Of a DNA stretch of 36,981 bases, positions 27,080-35,910 are shown in pieces. This DNA is from a virus (Duplodnaviria > Caudoviricetes): the IMG/VR virus record IMGVR_UViG_3300020045_003525, positions 1 to 36,981 of that record, one strand, 5' to 3'. Position 1 is the stretch's first letter. Each line of letters begins with the position of its first letter. A model generated the notes under the pieces. It was not told the DNA's origin and did no database searches. It saw only the letters and a list, made by a program, of their open reading frames with translations. A program made the position numbers and the translations under genes.

Positions 27080-28689
27080 TGCAATTACGACCCTACCAAA
27101 GCGAGGCTTCCGAATCCGTCTGGACATATCTTAACGATGTGCACACTGGTAAGTCTCCGCTGATTGTCCTCCCAACCGGAACAGGCAAATCACTTGTAAT
27201 TGCCGACTTGTGCAAACAGGCTTTGCAGAAAAAGCCGACCGCCCGAATTGTTATGCTTACGCACGTCAAGGAACTGATTGAGCAAAACTATGAAAAGCTT
27301 AAAATGATTTGGCCGTTAGCGCCAGCTGGTATTTATAGCGCGTCCATTGGGCGAAAGGACCATAAAGCGCAAATCCTTTACGCTGGCATTCAATCGCTAG
27401 CCCGCGCCAAAACCATTATTGGATTTGTCGATATTGTTATCATTGACGAGGCGCACCTTGTTCCCAAAGGCGGCGATGGGCAATACCGTACCGTATTGGA
27501 GCAATTCCGGCGCATTAACCCGCATGTGCGCGTTGTGGGCCTTACCGCAAGCCCTTACAGGTTATCGGGCGGCATACTTCATAAAGGTGATGGCGCAATA
27601 TTTGATGGTATATCATATGAGGCAAAACTGCTTGATATGATTGAGCAAGGATTCCTATCACCCCTGTCCTGTAAAAAGACGGTGACCGAATTCGACTTGT
27701 CAAATGTCCATAAGCGCGGCGGTGAGTTTATTGAAAGTGAATTACAGGCGGCTGTAAACAAGCGCGATGTAAACGAGCAAGCTATTGCTGAAATGATTAA
27801 ATTCGGACGCGAAAGACACCACTGGATCCTTTTCTGCGCGGGCGTTAAACATGCCGAAACCATGTCCGATATGCTAAACGAGGCAGGGATACGCGCGAGT
27901 CATCTTAACGGCAATCATACCGCTATGCAGCGCGATGCTATTATTTCAGACTTTAAAGCAGGGCGGACGCGGGCTATTTGCAATACCGCCATTTTAACAA
28001 CAGGGTTTGATGCACCATTCATTGATATGGTTTGCATGTTGCGCCCTACAATGTCACCCGGCCTATATGTCCAAATGGTGGGGCGCGGTTTTCGAAAAGC
28101 GGAAGGCAAAAAAGATTGCCTCGTTTTAGATTTCGCCGAGAATATATCACGTCATGGCCCGATTGACCGCGTAACACCGCCACCATTGCCTGGCGAAAAA
28201 GGCGATAGGGCCGCACCTGTTAAGGTTTGTCCAGAATGCCATGAGGTTGTTTATGCATCGACTAAGATTTGTCCGGCTTGTGAGCATGAATTTATAAGTG
28301 ATATCGGGCCAAAGCATAGCGGCCTAGCCAGCAGGCAAGCTATTTTAAGTAGTCAGGAAGACGAACCAACCGGAAAATGGGCGCAGCTAATAGAGCCACC
28401 AAGCGCAACATGGTATCGAAAAGAGGGCGGGAAACCGTGTATAAAAATAACGCATAAGACCATCATGGGGCAAACAATATATGATTGGTATCACCCCAAC
28501 TCCATGAACCGTGAAGCGCGTATTAAAATTGCAAGGCGGTGCGGCTTACTGGGTATTGGCTCTGTTAACGATATAGACAATATTAACGATTCGCTAAAGA
28601 AATACTGGAAAGCCCTTGTTTTGCCAGTCACACCTTTTGCTCAGATTGCAGGATACAGGACAGAATTTGACGATGAAATTATTTTTTAA
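27079..28689 (+). CDS. SF2 DEAH helicase (RadD/YejH-like) with zinc finger
   Basis: LRPYQ, PTGTGKS, DEAH, TASP, LTTGFDAP, QMVGRGFR, CPEC..CPAC motifs. Confidence 0.95.
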   Translation: MQLRPYQSEASESVWTYLNDVHTGKSPLIVLPTGTGKSLVIADLCKQALQKKPTARIVMLTHVKELIEQNYEKLKMIWPLAPAGIYSASIGRKDHKAQILYAGIQSLARAKTIIGFVDIVIIDEAHLVPKGGDGQYRTVLEQFRRINPHVRVVGLTASPYRLSGGILHKGDGAIFDGISYEAKLLDMIEQGFLSPLSCKKTVTEFDLSNVHKRGGEFIESELQAAVNKRDVNEQAIAEMIKFGRERHHWILFCAGVKHAETMSDMLNEAGIRASHLNGNHTAMQRDAIISDFKAGRTRAICNTAILTTGFDAPFIDMVCMLRPTMSPGLYVQMVGRGFRKAEGKKDCLVLDFAENISRHGPIDRVTPPPLPGEKGDRAAPVKVCPECHEVVYASTKICPACEHEFISDIGPKHSGLASRQAILSSQEDEPTGKWAQLIEPPSATWYRKEGGKPCIKITHKTIMGQTIYDWYHPNSMNREARIKIARRCGLLGIGSVNDIDNINDSLKKYWKALVLPVTPFAQIAGYRTEFDDEIIF

Positions 28690-28697
28690 AAAAACAC

Positions 28698-28726
28698 TTG
28701 ACCTCTTCGCAATTAGCGAATATAAA
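28698..28726 (+). promoter_or_regulatory. Early promoter P2 with palindromic operator in spacer
   Basis: TTGACC-17 nt-TATAAA; TTCGC-N5-GCGAA at 28706-28720. Confidence 0.7.
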
Positions 28727-28755
28727 TAGGACATACCAACGGAAAGGGGTAGAGA

Positions 28756-29280
28756 ATGAAAGTCACACTAGAGAAATACAAAACTGAATTAAAAGCTTTG
28801 GAAAAACGAATGGTAAAAGCGGAGGCTTTTGCAAAGAAGCTGCACGTGTTTGCAGAAAAGATACTTGAGAACAAGTGGACAGGCGAGGAAGAGTGGGTCA
28901 GCTACGGCACGTCCTACAAAAAACTATACTGTGCTTGGGGGATTAACCGTGGCCTATGGACTCAAACAAACGGGCGAACTCTTGGTTATAATTCCGAGAA
29001 ATATAACGGGTATTTGTTTTGCATTTATATAAACACGCTAAGTCTTTATGACGACCATGCGCGGTTCGGACTAGACGAGATAGTAAAAAACATTCCGCTT
29101 GTTAAATATGATGAGCATAATACTAATTTCTATGCAACAGACGACCAAATAACGGCTCTATTGGAAGCCCTTCATGAATGGTATTTGTCCGCGTGTGAAA
29201 AAGTCAAGGAACATAAGAACAAGAAGCGACAAGAGCAACTTGAGGCCGAGCTTGCAAAACTAAAAGGAGACGCCGCATGA
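28756..29280 (+). CDS. Hypothetical protein
   Basis: 174 aa ORF immediately after promoter P2. Confidence 0.75.
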   Translation: MKVTLEKYKTELKALEKRMVKAEAFAKKLHVFAEKILENKWTGEEEWVSYGTSYKKLYCAWGINRGLWTQTNGRTLGYNSEKYNGYLFCIYINTLSLYDDHARFGLDEIVKNIPLVKYDEHNTNFYATDDQITALLEALHEWYLSACEKVKEHKNKKRQEQLEAELAKLKGDAA

Positions 29281-29387
29281 CCCCCCTTGACCGACTAGCC
29301 AAAGCCCGAAGCCAAGCCGAGTTTCGCAAGGATATTCCTGTGATATTGGTGATTATTTTAATGTTGTTGGTGGGGATGTGCGTATGA
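29277..29387 (+). CDS. Small membrane protein (36 aa)
   Basis: AGGAG RBS, ATGA overlaps; MTPLDRLAKARSQAEFRKDIPVILVIILMLLVGMCV. Confidence 0.55.
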   Translation: MTPLDRLAKARSQAEFRKDIPVILVIILMLLVGMCV

Positions 29388-29572
29388 CTATTTACGCTAT
29401 CACGCCAGAGCAAGCTAACTACATGTTTAGTTTATTGGAGACTGTGGCCAATCCGCAAGGTGACGGCTCTATCTTCCATGAAGTTAGACTAGGTCCAGAA
29501 ATTACCGCGCAAGCCCGTAAATGGTACGGTGAAATATTGGAATTAAACACGGAGAGCAAACACAATGGATAA
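29384..29572 (+). CDS. Hypothetical protein
   Basis: Coupled ORF in early operon. Confidence 0.6.
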   Translation: MTIYAITPEQANYMFSLLETVANPQGDGSIFHEVRLGPEITAQARKWYGEILELNTESKHNG

Positions 29573-29864
29573 AATAACGCAGATGCCAGCGAGGATTTGG
29601 GCTTGCACACTGAAAGATGGAATGGATCATTGGGTTGACAAATGCCCAGTATGGGGCGGCTCCATTGAATACATCCGCGCCGATATAGCCCACACCCAAC
29701 TGGAAACGATGGAGGAGGCTCTGCGTAAGTTAGATAATTGGCTTGTATGCGGTGCGTCAGGAATTGCAGACGCGGAAGATATGGCTCAATCTTTTGGTGA
29801 TATGCAGAGATTAACCGAACGACAGCTCGCGCAATACCAGCAATTTAAGGAGATGAATAAATGA
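29565..29864 (+). CDS. Hypothetical protein
   Basis: GGAG RBS; MP.RIWA...EYIRAD motif common in phage early genes. Confidence 0.7.
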   Translation: MDKITQMPARIWACTLKDGMDHWVDKCPVWGGSIEYIRADIAHTQLETMEEALRKLDNWLVCGASGIADAEDMAQSFGDMQRLTERQLAQYQQFKEMNK

Positions 29865-29989
29865 ACAGGGTTGAACAAATACTAACAGACGCAGGGTGGC
29901 AGAAAAATGCCAAAGATTACTGGTCGTTTGAGGGTTGCCCGTCAATGTCATTGCGTGATGCATGGGAATTATATGAGGCCACAAAATGA
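29861..29989 (+). CDS. Hypothetical 42-aa protein
   Basis: Not in ORF track; AAGGAG RBS, ATGA overlaps at both ends. Confidence 0.55.
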   Translation: MNRVEQILTDAGWQKNAKDYWSFEGCPSMSLRDAWELYEATK

Positions 29990-30345
29990 CATTCCAACTA
30001 ACCCCATCAGACATAGACAAATGGTTTAAGACCAGAGATGGAAGAAAAGTTAAATGTGTCTTACGCGATGAAGAAGATAATATTTATGCATTTTTCGAAC
30101 CAATCACCAGGGGAACATGGGCGGTAAATCAAAACGGGGCCTATTATCAACGTGGTAAAGATAGCTTCGACATCATCGCCCCTTGGAAAGACCCTATCGA
30201 ACGGGAGGTTACTGTTTATTTGTGGAAATGCGGAAAGGTAACGCAGTGGGGTAGCACTCCTATGAAGCCCGATATTATAGCCTCCGCCAAGGTTAAGCTG
30301 ATAGAGGGGCAATTCGCCATTGACAATAACAAGGAAAGTAAGTAA
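29986..30345 (+). CDS. Hypothetical phage protein (KTRDGRKV family)
   Basis: FKTRDGRKV...G.Y......DII motif. Confidence 0.7.
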   Translation: MTFQLTPSDIDKWFKTRDGRKVKCVLRDEEDNIYAFFEPITRGTWAVNQNGAYYQRGKDSFDIIAPWKDPIEREVTVYLWKCGKVTQWGSTPMKPDIIASAKVKLIEGQFAIDNNKESK

Positions 30346-30434
30346 TGTATCAGGTATCGGAATTGCACTCCGCGAACTCTTTAATCGGTATGTCATTGGT
30401 GCAATCAGTGGCGTACCCATTAAGGAGTTTTTTT
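30320..30434 (+). promoter_or_regulatory. Promoter plus structured 5' leader (two hairpins with complementary loops) of NUMOD4-HNH gene
   Basis: TTGACA(30320)-17 nt-TAATGT(30343); hairpin loops ATTGCAC (30362-30368) and GTGCAAT (30399-30405); RBS inside stem. Confidence 0.7.
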
Positions 30435-30953
30435 ATGTCTGATGCACCAGATGAGGTTTGGAAACCAGTCTTAGGCTATAGCCCAATTTATGAAGTTAGC
30501 AACTATGGCAACATAATGTCAAATTGGCTTGGTAAAAAGAAGCTGATGAGACAGAGAATAGATAAAACAGGCAGAAAGACCATAAAGCTTTATAAAGATG
30601 GGTTTCAAAAAGACGTTTTTGTCCATCGTATAGTTGGTGCTGCCTTTCTAGAGGACTTTGACCATAATAAGGTTATCAATCACATTGATGGCAATCCATT
30701 AAACAATAATCTATCAAACTTAGAATGTGTAACGACTAGAGAGAACATATGTCACGGCGGGACTGGCAACGCCAATCACCCGTACAGAGGGGCGCAAAAG
30801 CATAAGTGCGGCAGATGGCAAGCGTCAGCTTATATTGATGGAGCTAATGTCTACATCGGCATGTTTAGCACAGGTGAAGAAGCTAACGCGGCTTATGTGG
30901 CTGCGTTAAAAGAACGAGGTATAGATAACAAATACGCGGAGATTAGAAAATGA
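30435..30953 (+). CDS. NUMOD4-HNH-AP2 homing endonuclease
   Basis: EVWKPVLGY..YEVSNYG (NUMOD4); VHRIV..AF..VINHIDGNPLNN..SNLE (HNH); RWQA....YIG.F.T.EEA..AY (AP2). Start after AAGGAG at 30435. Confidence 0.9.
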   Translation: MSDAPDEVWKPVLGYSPIYEVSNYGNIMSNWLGKKKLMRQRIDKTGRKTIKLYKDGFQKDVFVHRIVGAAFLEDFDHNKVINHIDGNPLNNNLSNLECVTTRENICHGGTGNANHPYRGAQKHKCGRWQASAYIDGANVYIGMFSTGEEANAAYVAALKERGIDNKYAEIRK

Positions 30954-31291
30954 CCGAGTTTGATTTTAAGGGTGCTTTGGATGACCTTCTGGCAGAAATA
31001 AGCTTTAAGAATTACGATCTTGATTTAAGTGGTGTAGATTCAATACGCGCCGCTTTACGCCTCGCCGCCCGTGTTCAGTCGGGGGAATTGGTTGTTGTGC
31101 CGAAACGCCTAACTGCTGAAAACGGTGCAAAAGCGGTATTGATTGGTGAATTTCACGAGGAATATGAAGACAGTTATGATCAAGGCGACACCGTTTTTAC
31201 GCGCAAGGTTCCTGTAAGCTGGACAACTATCAAAGCAATTTGGGATATGGCAATAGAACACTTTGCACCGAAACACGATTGGAGTGAATAG
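30950..31291 (+). CDS. Hypothetical phage protein (Ea-like)
   Basis: VVVPKRLTAENGAK..L.GEF.E...VPVSWTTIK.I motif. Confidence 0.7.
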   Translation: MTEFDFKGALDDLLAEISFKNYDLDLSGVDSIRAALRLAARVQSGELVVVPKRLTAENGAKAVLIGEFHEEYEDSYDQGDTVFTRKVPVSWTTIKAIWDMAIEHFAPKHDWSE

Positions 31292-31627
31292 ATGACACAG
31301 ACGACTAAAGAGATAATAGCGCAGCTTGGTTTTCAGGCTGCCTTGGTGAAAAACATTTTTGACCCATGCGCAGAGCTTATGAAGAAAGCCGCCGAACGCC
31401 TGACAGAGCTTGATGCGGAGAATACTGAGTTTGAAAGACTTCTTAAGCTTTATATGCAAGAAGCCATAGACTATAGGCCCGTATTAATGGATTGCGCGAA
31501 AGTATTCCGTATTTATGAAAAGCTTCACCTAGCTAAGCCAGACAAAGACAAAGCAGAGCGCAACGAAAGAATGGCCATTAAATGCGAGCAAGCTTTAGCC
31601 AAACACAATAAAGGAGAGACGGAATGA
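31292..31627 (+). CDS. Hypothetical protein
   Basis: Coupled helical ORF. Confidence 0.65.
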   Translation: MTQTTKEIIAQLGFQAALVKNIFDPCAELMKKAAERLTELDAENTEFERLLKLYMQEAIDYRPVLMDCAKVFRIYEKLHLAKPDKDKAERNERMAIKCEQALAKHNKGETE

Positions 31628-31902
31628 ATACCGATATAAATAAACAGGCTTTGGGTGCTTTGGAATATATAAAAGACTGGCATAAAGAAACTATTGGGGA
31701 ATTAGAAGATAGTGATCTGGGTTGGCAGCTACTCACAATAGAGAAAGCCCTAACCCAGCCAAGCGCGTGGCAGGAAGAAATATTGCGCACACTAGAAAGA
31801 ATTGCCGATGGCTACGGAATGACATACGCGGATTGTGTGAATATGGCACGGGGTGCGCTCATTCGGGCAAAACCCCCTGTGGATGTGAAAGGGGTGGATT
31901 GA
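31624..31902 (+). CDS. Hypothetical protein
   Basis: AAGGAG RBS, ATGA overlap. Confidence 0.65.
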   Translation: MNTDINKQALGALEYIKDWHKETIGELEDSDLGWQLLTIEKALTQPSAWQEEILRTLERIADGYGMTYADCVNMARGALIRAKPPVDVKGVD

Positions 31903-31904
31903 AC

Positions 31905-32078
31905 ATGGCTGTGATTTCAGGACAAAAATTTACGTTTCAGTGTCGTCACTGTGGTCGATCTATGAATGGTAATTTTGATGCTTTTCCAGTTACTAGGTCA
32001 GAAGCTGCCAAGAGGATGCGATTTAAATTAACAAGATGGGGTGTGCAGTGCCTAGAGAAATGTGAGAAAACAAAATAA
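31905..32078 (+). CDS. Small Cys-rich (zinc-binding) protein
   Basis: MAVISGQKFTFQCRHCG...QCLEKC; start at 31905 just after the previous stop. Confidence 0.55.
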   Translation: MAVISGQKFTFQCRHCGRSMNGNFDAFPVTRSEAAKRMRFKLTRWGVQCLEKCEKTK

Positions 32079-32383
32079 TGGATATGCCTGATAATATTTA
32101 CGCGAAAGCCTATTTGCACCAAGACGATAATGAAACCGTGATGGTCGATGCTGAATTGCAACCTTACGAGGGTTACGAGCTTTTCATCCGCGCCGATGCT
32201 GGAAACGTGCTGCCGGAGTTGGAATATCCGTGGTTCTATTACGAAACAGGTCAGTCGCCTTTGCACATGCTCTGGTATTGCCAAATCGCAAACTTTGACA
32301 CGAAAGAAACGCACTTTGCTGAGGAATGTGACAATTTACGCGCCGCAGCCGAAGACGCAATAAAGAAAATAAAAGGAAAATAA
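32078..32383 (+). CDS. Hypothetical protein
   Basis: TAATG coupling; MPDNIYA..IRAD motif. Confidence 0.65.
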   Translation: MDMPDNIYAKAYLHQDDNETVMVDAELQPYEGYELFIRADAGNVLPELEYPWFYYETGQSPLHMLWYCQIANFDTKETHFAEECDNLRAAAEDAIKKIKGK

Positions 32384-32384
32384 T

Positions 32385-33110
32385 ATGCCTGAGAAATACG
32401 CACAAGCTTATTGGGTTTTAAAAGAACATAATGAATGGCGCAGAGGCGGTGATGGCCCGATGACAGACCCTAAAACATTGTGGCTTGCTGTAGAAGCTGC
32501 GCTGGAAGTTTTGCAGCCTTATGCGGCACAACCCACCCCCGACACCCTTAATCAATCAACCTGTTTGGGAAATACCATTAATAAATCGGATAATTTAAAG
32601 GTGTCGAATTATATAAATGTCACGGAGTACTGTGACAGAAACAACATAAATTTGGATAGGATATCTGCGTTCAAGAGAATTGAGAGAGTGAGGCCATTCA
32701 TAAACACTCACTCGTGCGTGGCGACTTCTGGTCGTGGTGGAAGAACATTATTCAATGAAGACCTTTTTGATTTATTCCTACGATGGTTAAAAAGGGAGCC
32801 ACTGGCCTTAATAAATAGACAGGAGAGTGATATTTATACAATATTATCGGCATTAGTGCCAGATATAGAGAGGCAATACAATGTTGGGCAGTATGTGTAT
32901 GACTTTTACTTACCTCGACTTAATCTACTAATTGAGTACGACGATGAGCATCATTTCCACTCTAGTGGGGCGCTGTCTAAAATAGAAGACAAGAGAGAAT
33001 TCGCGTTCAAAAGAGGCTACAAATTCTTCACTATACGACAAAGAGAAGTGTCAATAGGATTGGCTGCTTTGATTAAAATAGTACTAATATCGACACCCCA
33101 TGACCATTAA
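32385..33110 (+). CDS. Fusion: small phage protein + KilA-N-like domain + DUF559/Vsr-like endonuclease
   Basis: N-terminal HNEWRRG..PMTDPK; YINVT..C...GRGGRTLFNEDL..LFLRWL; IERQY.VG.Y.YDFY.P..NLLIEYDDEHH. Confidence 0.7.
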   Translation: MPEKYAQAYWVLKEHNEWRRGGDGPMTDPKTLWLAVEAALEVLQPYAAQPTPDTLNQSTCLGNTINKSDNLKVSNYINVTEYCDRNNINLDRISAFKRIERVRPFINTHSCVATSGRGGRTLFNEDLFDLFLRWLKREPLALINRQESDIYTILSALVPDIERQYNVGQYVYDFYLPRLNLLIEYDDEHHFHSSGALSKIEDKREFAFKRGYKFFTIRQREVSIGLAALIKIVLISTPHDH

Positions 33111-33128
33111 CCCACAACAGGATATATA

Positions 33129-33296
33129 ATGAACCAGCAAATCCTAAAATACTGCTCCACCGAACCCAAAACCCGACAGCAAATCATGTGGCACTTGGAA
33201 TACACTTCCACCCGTTACATGCAAGTAATATTGAAAAAGCTAGTCGATAGCGGGGATTTGGCGTGTGAAAATAATTATTATTTTGTGGGGCGCTGA
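33129..33296 (+). CDS. Small winged-helix-like protein (55 aa)
   Basis: Not in ORF track: MNQQILKYCSTEPKTRQQIMWHLEYTSTRYMQVILKKLVDSGDLACENNYYFVGR; TGATG coupling to next gene. Confidence 0.6.
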   Translation: MNQQILKYCSTEPKTRQQIMWHLEYTSTRYMQVILKKLVDSGDLACENNYYFVGR

Positions 33297-33901
33297 TGCG
33301 GGTGCTTGTAGCTTGTGAATATTCAGGAACCGTTCGGGATGCGTTTATATCAAGAGGCCATGATGCTGTGTCCTGCGACTTGCTGCCAACTGACAAGCCA
33401 GGCCCGCATTATCAGGGTGATGTGTTTGATATTATCAATGATGGCTTCGACCTTATAATTGCTCACCCGCCATGTACTTTTTTAACTAATGCAGGTGTTT
33501 GTCACTTATACAATAAAGACGGGTCGATGAATGACGATCGGCTGGGAAAGATGTTAGATGGTGCGGTATTTTTTAAAAAACTTCTTGACGCGCCAATTAA
33601 GAGGAGATGTATCGAGAACCCTATCATGCACAGGCACGCTATTGAAATTGTCGGTCGTAGACAAAACCAAGTTGTTCAACCGTGGATGTTTGGGCACATG
33701 GAGCAGAAAGCAACTTGTCTATGGCTTGAGGGCTTGCCGTTATTAAAAACAACAAACGATGTTAAGAAAGAGATGATGAAGTTACCAAATAAAGAGCGCC
33801 AAAGGCTTCACTGGTTATCGCCAAGCCCTAACAGATGGAAAGAGCGCTCAAAAACGTTTCAAGGTTTGGCCGATGCCATGGCAGAGCAATGGTCGGTATA
33901 A
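33296..33901 (+). CDS. Phage DNA cytosine methyltransferase-like protein
   Basis: MRVLVACEYSG.VRDAF, SCDLLP, AHPPCT (PC motif), IENP, RSKTF.G.A.AMA.QW. Confidence 0.8.
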   Translation: MRVLVACEYSGTVRDAFISRGHDAVSCDLLPTDKPGPHYQGDVFDIINDGFDLIIAHPPCTFLTNAGVCHLYNKDGSMNDDRLGKMLDGAVFFKKLLDAPIKRRCIENPIMHRHAIEIVGRRQNQVVQPWMFGHMEQKATCLWLEGLPLLKTTNDVKKEMMKLPNKERQRLHWLSPSPNRWKERSKTFQGLADAMAEQWSV

Positions 33902-33939
33902 ATTTAAAGGGACTTATATACTGAATTAGCCAGATGGGT

Positions 33940-33970
33940 AAAAAAGAAGGGGCGAAAAGCCCCTTTATTG
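33940..33970. terminator. Bidirectional intrinsic terminator inside IS end
   Basis: AAAAAAGAAGGGGC-GAAAA-GCCCCTTTATT. Confidence 0.75.
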
Positions 33971-33971
33971 A

Positions 33972-34943
33972 TTAAACGTCCATCGGCATGGTATCACCAT
34001 ATTTAGGTAACGATTTATCTAGTAATTTCTTAAATTCTTTTTCACTCGAAGAAGCATCCATCAATACCATTACCTTTTTAAGGTGATCTTTTAATTCAGG
34101 AAGGCCGTAATCATCGCTAAAATGTTGATGGTGCTTGTGCTTTCTGTTTTGGCCGACCCTAGGGTTAATTTCTTTCAATTTATCTTTGATACCCGGAGCC
34201 AGTCTTGAATAAACAATATCGTTTACCCAGTGACCAATAAAAGCCGGTCTTTTTACTGCCAAATAGCTATCATAACCCTTTACCTTTACTAATTTTTGCC
34301 AAAAATCATCGGGAAAAGTTTTTGACCATTTACGAGCTTCATCCGTAAGAAATTTATCCAGAATAGCCTGTAATGCATTGTTCTCTCTGACCTCTTGATA
34401 ACCAGTAGCCTCATCGACAAGAGCAACGATACCCAATCTTGCAAAACCACGAACTAATGTTTCTGCGAATAAGGCGTATCTTTTTTCTTGTTCTGTTTTT
34501 AAAGCACCGCCGTTTCTGGCTTCGAGAATAACATCGCATAAGTCCGCAAGGATTTCAGCACGGTAGCCATGAACAGGTCTTGGAGTCTTTCCTGAAATCT
34601 CGACAGGGTTTTCGATGGCCATTACTAAAGCATTGTTCATAAAGGGTTTTAGCGTCGAATTTGATGAAATTCTGCCCGTTCCTTGGCCACGCCCCTTCAT
34701 ACCAATAGCAGCGGTCATACTCCTGCCAGATATATATCTTTCACCATCATCCGTAACAAAACAGCTTAATTCCAAGTCACCTATATTGAAACTTCCTGCA
34801 AATGCTGCCTTTTTCTTGATAATATCTTGGTGGATATGAGTATGAACGATTGACCCATTTTTCTTATCCTCACTAAAGATGCTCTCAACAACATTGTCAA
34901 AATCATCATCTATCGGCTCTATGGTTTCATCTTTTTTAGGCAT
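33972..34943 (-). CDS. P63C domain protein (IS passenger)
   Basis: A..GIVALVDEATGYQ.VR...ALQ.IL, W.KTFPD.F, VY.RLAPG and HHQ motifs. Confidence 0.9.
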   Translation of the reverse strand: MPKKDETIEPIDDDFDNVVESIFSEDKKNGSIVHTHIHQDIIKKKAAFAGSFNIGDLELSCFVTDDGERYISGRSMTAAIGMKGRGQGTGRISSNSTLKPFMNNALVMAIENPVEISGKTPRPVHGYRAEILADLCDVILEARNGGALKTEQEKRYALFAETLVRGFARLGIVALVDEATGYQEVRENNALQAILDKFLTDEARKWSKTFPDDFWQKLVKVKGYDSYLAVKRPAFIGHWVNDIVYSRLAPGIKDKLKEINPRVGQNRKHKHHQHFSDDYGLPELKDHLKKVMVLMDASSSEKEFKKLLDKSLPKYGDTMPMDV

Positions 34944-35856
34944 GGGTTAATTCCTTATAACTAATGTGGCGACCAATCATTCTATCAACGGTCATACCGA
35001 TGAAATCCATTGTTCCGACATTGGCCGTGTTATGTCGGAAAGAAAACTCATTCACATAGCGGTCAAGATGTTTGACGCTCATATGATGATAGATACCGTA
35101 GTAACCGCGCTTCAATAAAGCCCAAAACGACTCTATGCCGTTTGTATGTGCTTGATCGCGGACGTACTCGCCAACCGAGTGATTAACAATCTGATGATTG
35201 TAACCTTTGAGGCCGCGATAGGATGGGAAATTGTCGGTAACAACTGTTGCGCCGAGGGCGGCGTTTTCTGCGATAAAACCTTTAAGGGTTGCGCTATCTG
35301 TTGTGGTGATGGCTTGCGCTTTTACGCCGTTCTCGCGGCAACGCATACCAATAACGGCAGTTTTACCGACCGCGCCACGACCAGCCCTCAATTTTTTGCT
35401 AGCGTGTTTATTGGACTCTTTGCCGCCGATATAACATTCGTCAACTTCCACAACCGAACCACCACCGATATTACTACCACCCATCCATGCCTCACGGATG
35501 CGTTGCGCTAGAAACCATGCAGATTTCTGGGTGATGCCTAATTCTTTAGCCATTTGCGTTGATGGGATGCCCTTACGGGCGTTTGTCATCATATAGATGG
35601 CCATAAGCCACTTTTGCAAAGGAAGGCGGGACTCTTGTAATACAGTGCCAGTGCGGACGCTAAAATGCTTGCGGCAATCGCGGCAACGATACGCCATAGG
35701 CTTATGATCCTTGCACTCTGTAGTGGACACGCTACCGCAATGTGGACATGAAGCTTCACCACCCCAACGCTTTTTCTCAAAGAAAAGTCGCGCTGCTTCT
35801 TCATTAGGGATTTGTTGTAAAAACCCATATAAACTAATCATTTCAGGCTTGGTCAT
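34936..35856 (-). CDS. tnp: IS1595-family DDE transposase
   Basis: CPHCG..CRDC Zn ribbon, FSVRTGT, VEVDECYIGG, VTD, HTNGIESFW..LKRG, Y.NEF.FR motifs. Confidence 0.96.
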   Translation of the reverse strand: MTKPEMISLYGFLQQIPNEEAARLFFEKKRWGGEASCPHCGSVSTTECKDHKPMAYRCRDCRKHFSVRTGTVLQESRLPLQKWLMAIYMMTNARKGIPSTQMAKELGITQKSAWFLAQRIREAWMGGSNIGGGSVVEVDECYIGGKESNKHASKKLRAGRGAVGKTAVIGMRCRENGVKAQAITTTDSATLKGFIAENAALGATVVTDNFPSYRGLKGYNHQIVNHSVGEYVRDQAHTNGIESFWALLKRGYYGIYHHMSVKHLDRYVNEFSFRHNTANVGTMDFIGMTVDRMIGRHISYKELTHA

Positions 35857-35881
35857 GTTCTACATCCTTGTTTATAGAACT

Positions 35882-35910
35882 ATACTAGCCAAATTTTAAT
35901 GGCTAGTCAA
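35882..35910 (-). promoter_or_regulatory. Transposase promoter overlapped by inverted TIR-like motif
   Basis: TTGACT-17 nt-TAGTAT on minus strand; ACTAGCCA-N8-TGGCTAGT at 35884-35907. Confidence 0.6.

Noticed and set aside
30345-30434. N-terminal extension of the NUMOD4-HNH ORF
   Set aside because: Corresponds to the structured leader; the RBS and NUMOD4 start support 30435.
33100-33129. ATG overlapping the restored TGA after the KilA-N insert
   Set aside because: Opens only a 9-codon frame; not called as a gene.
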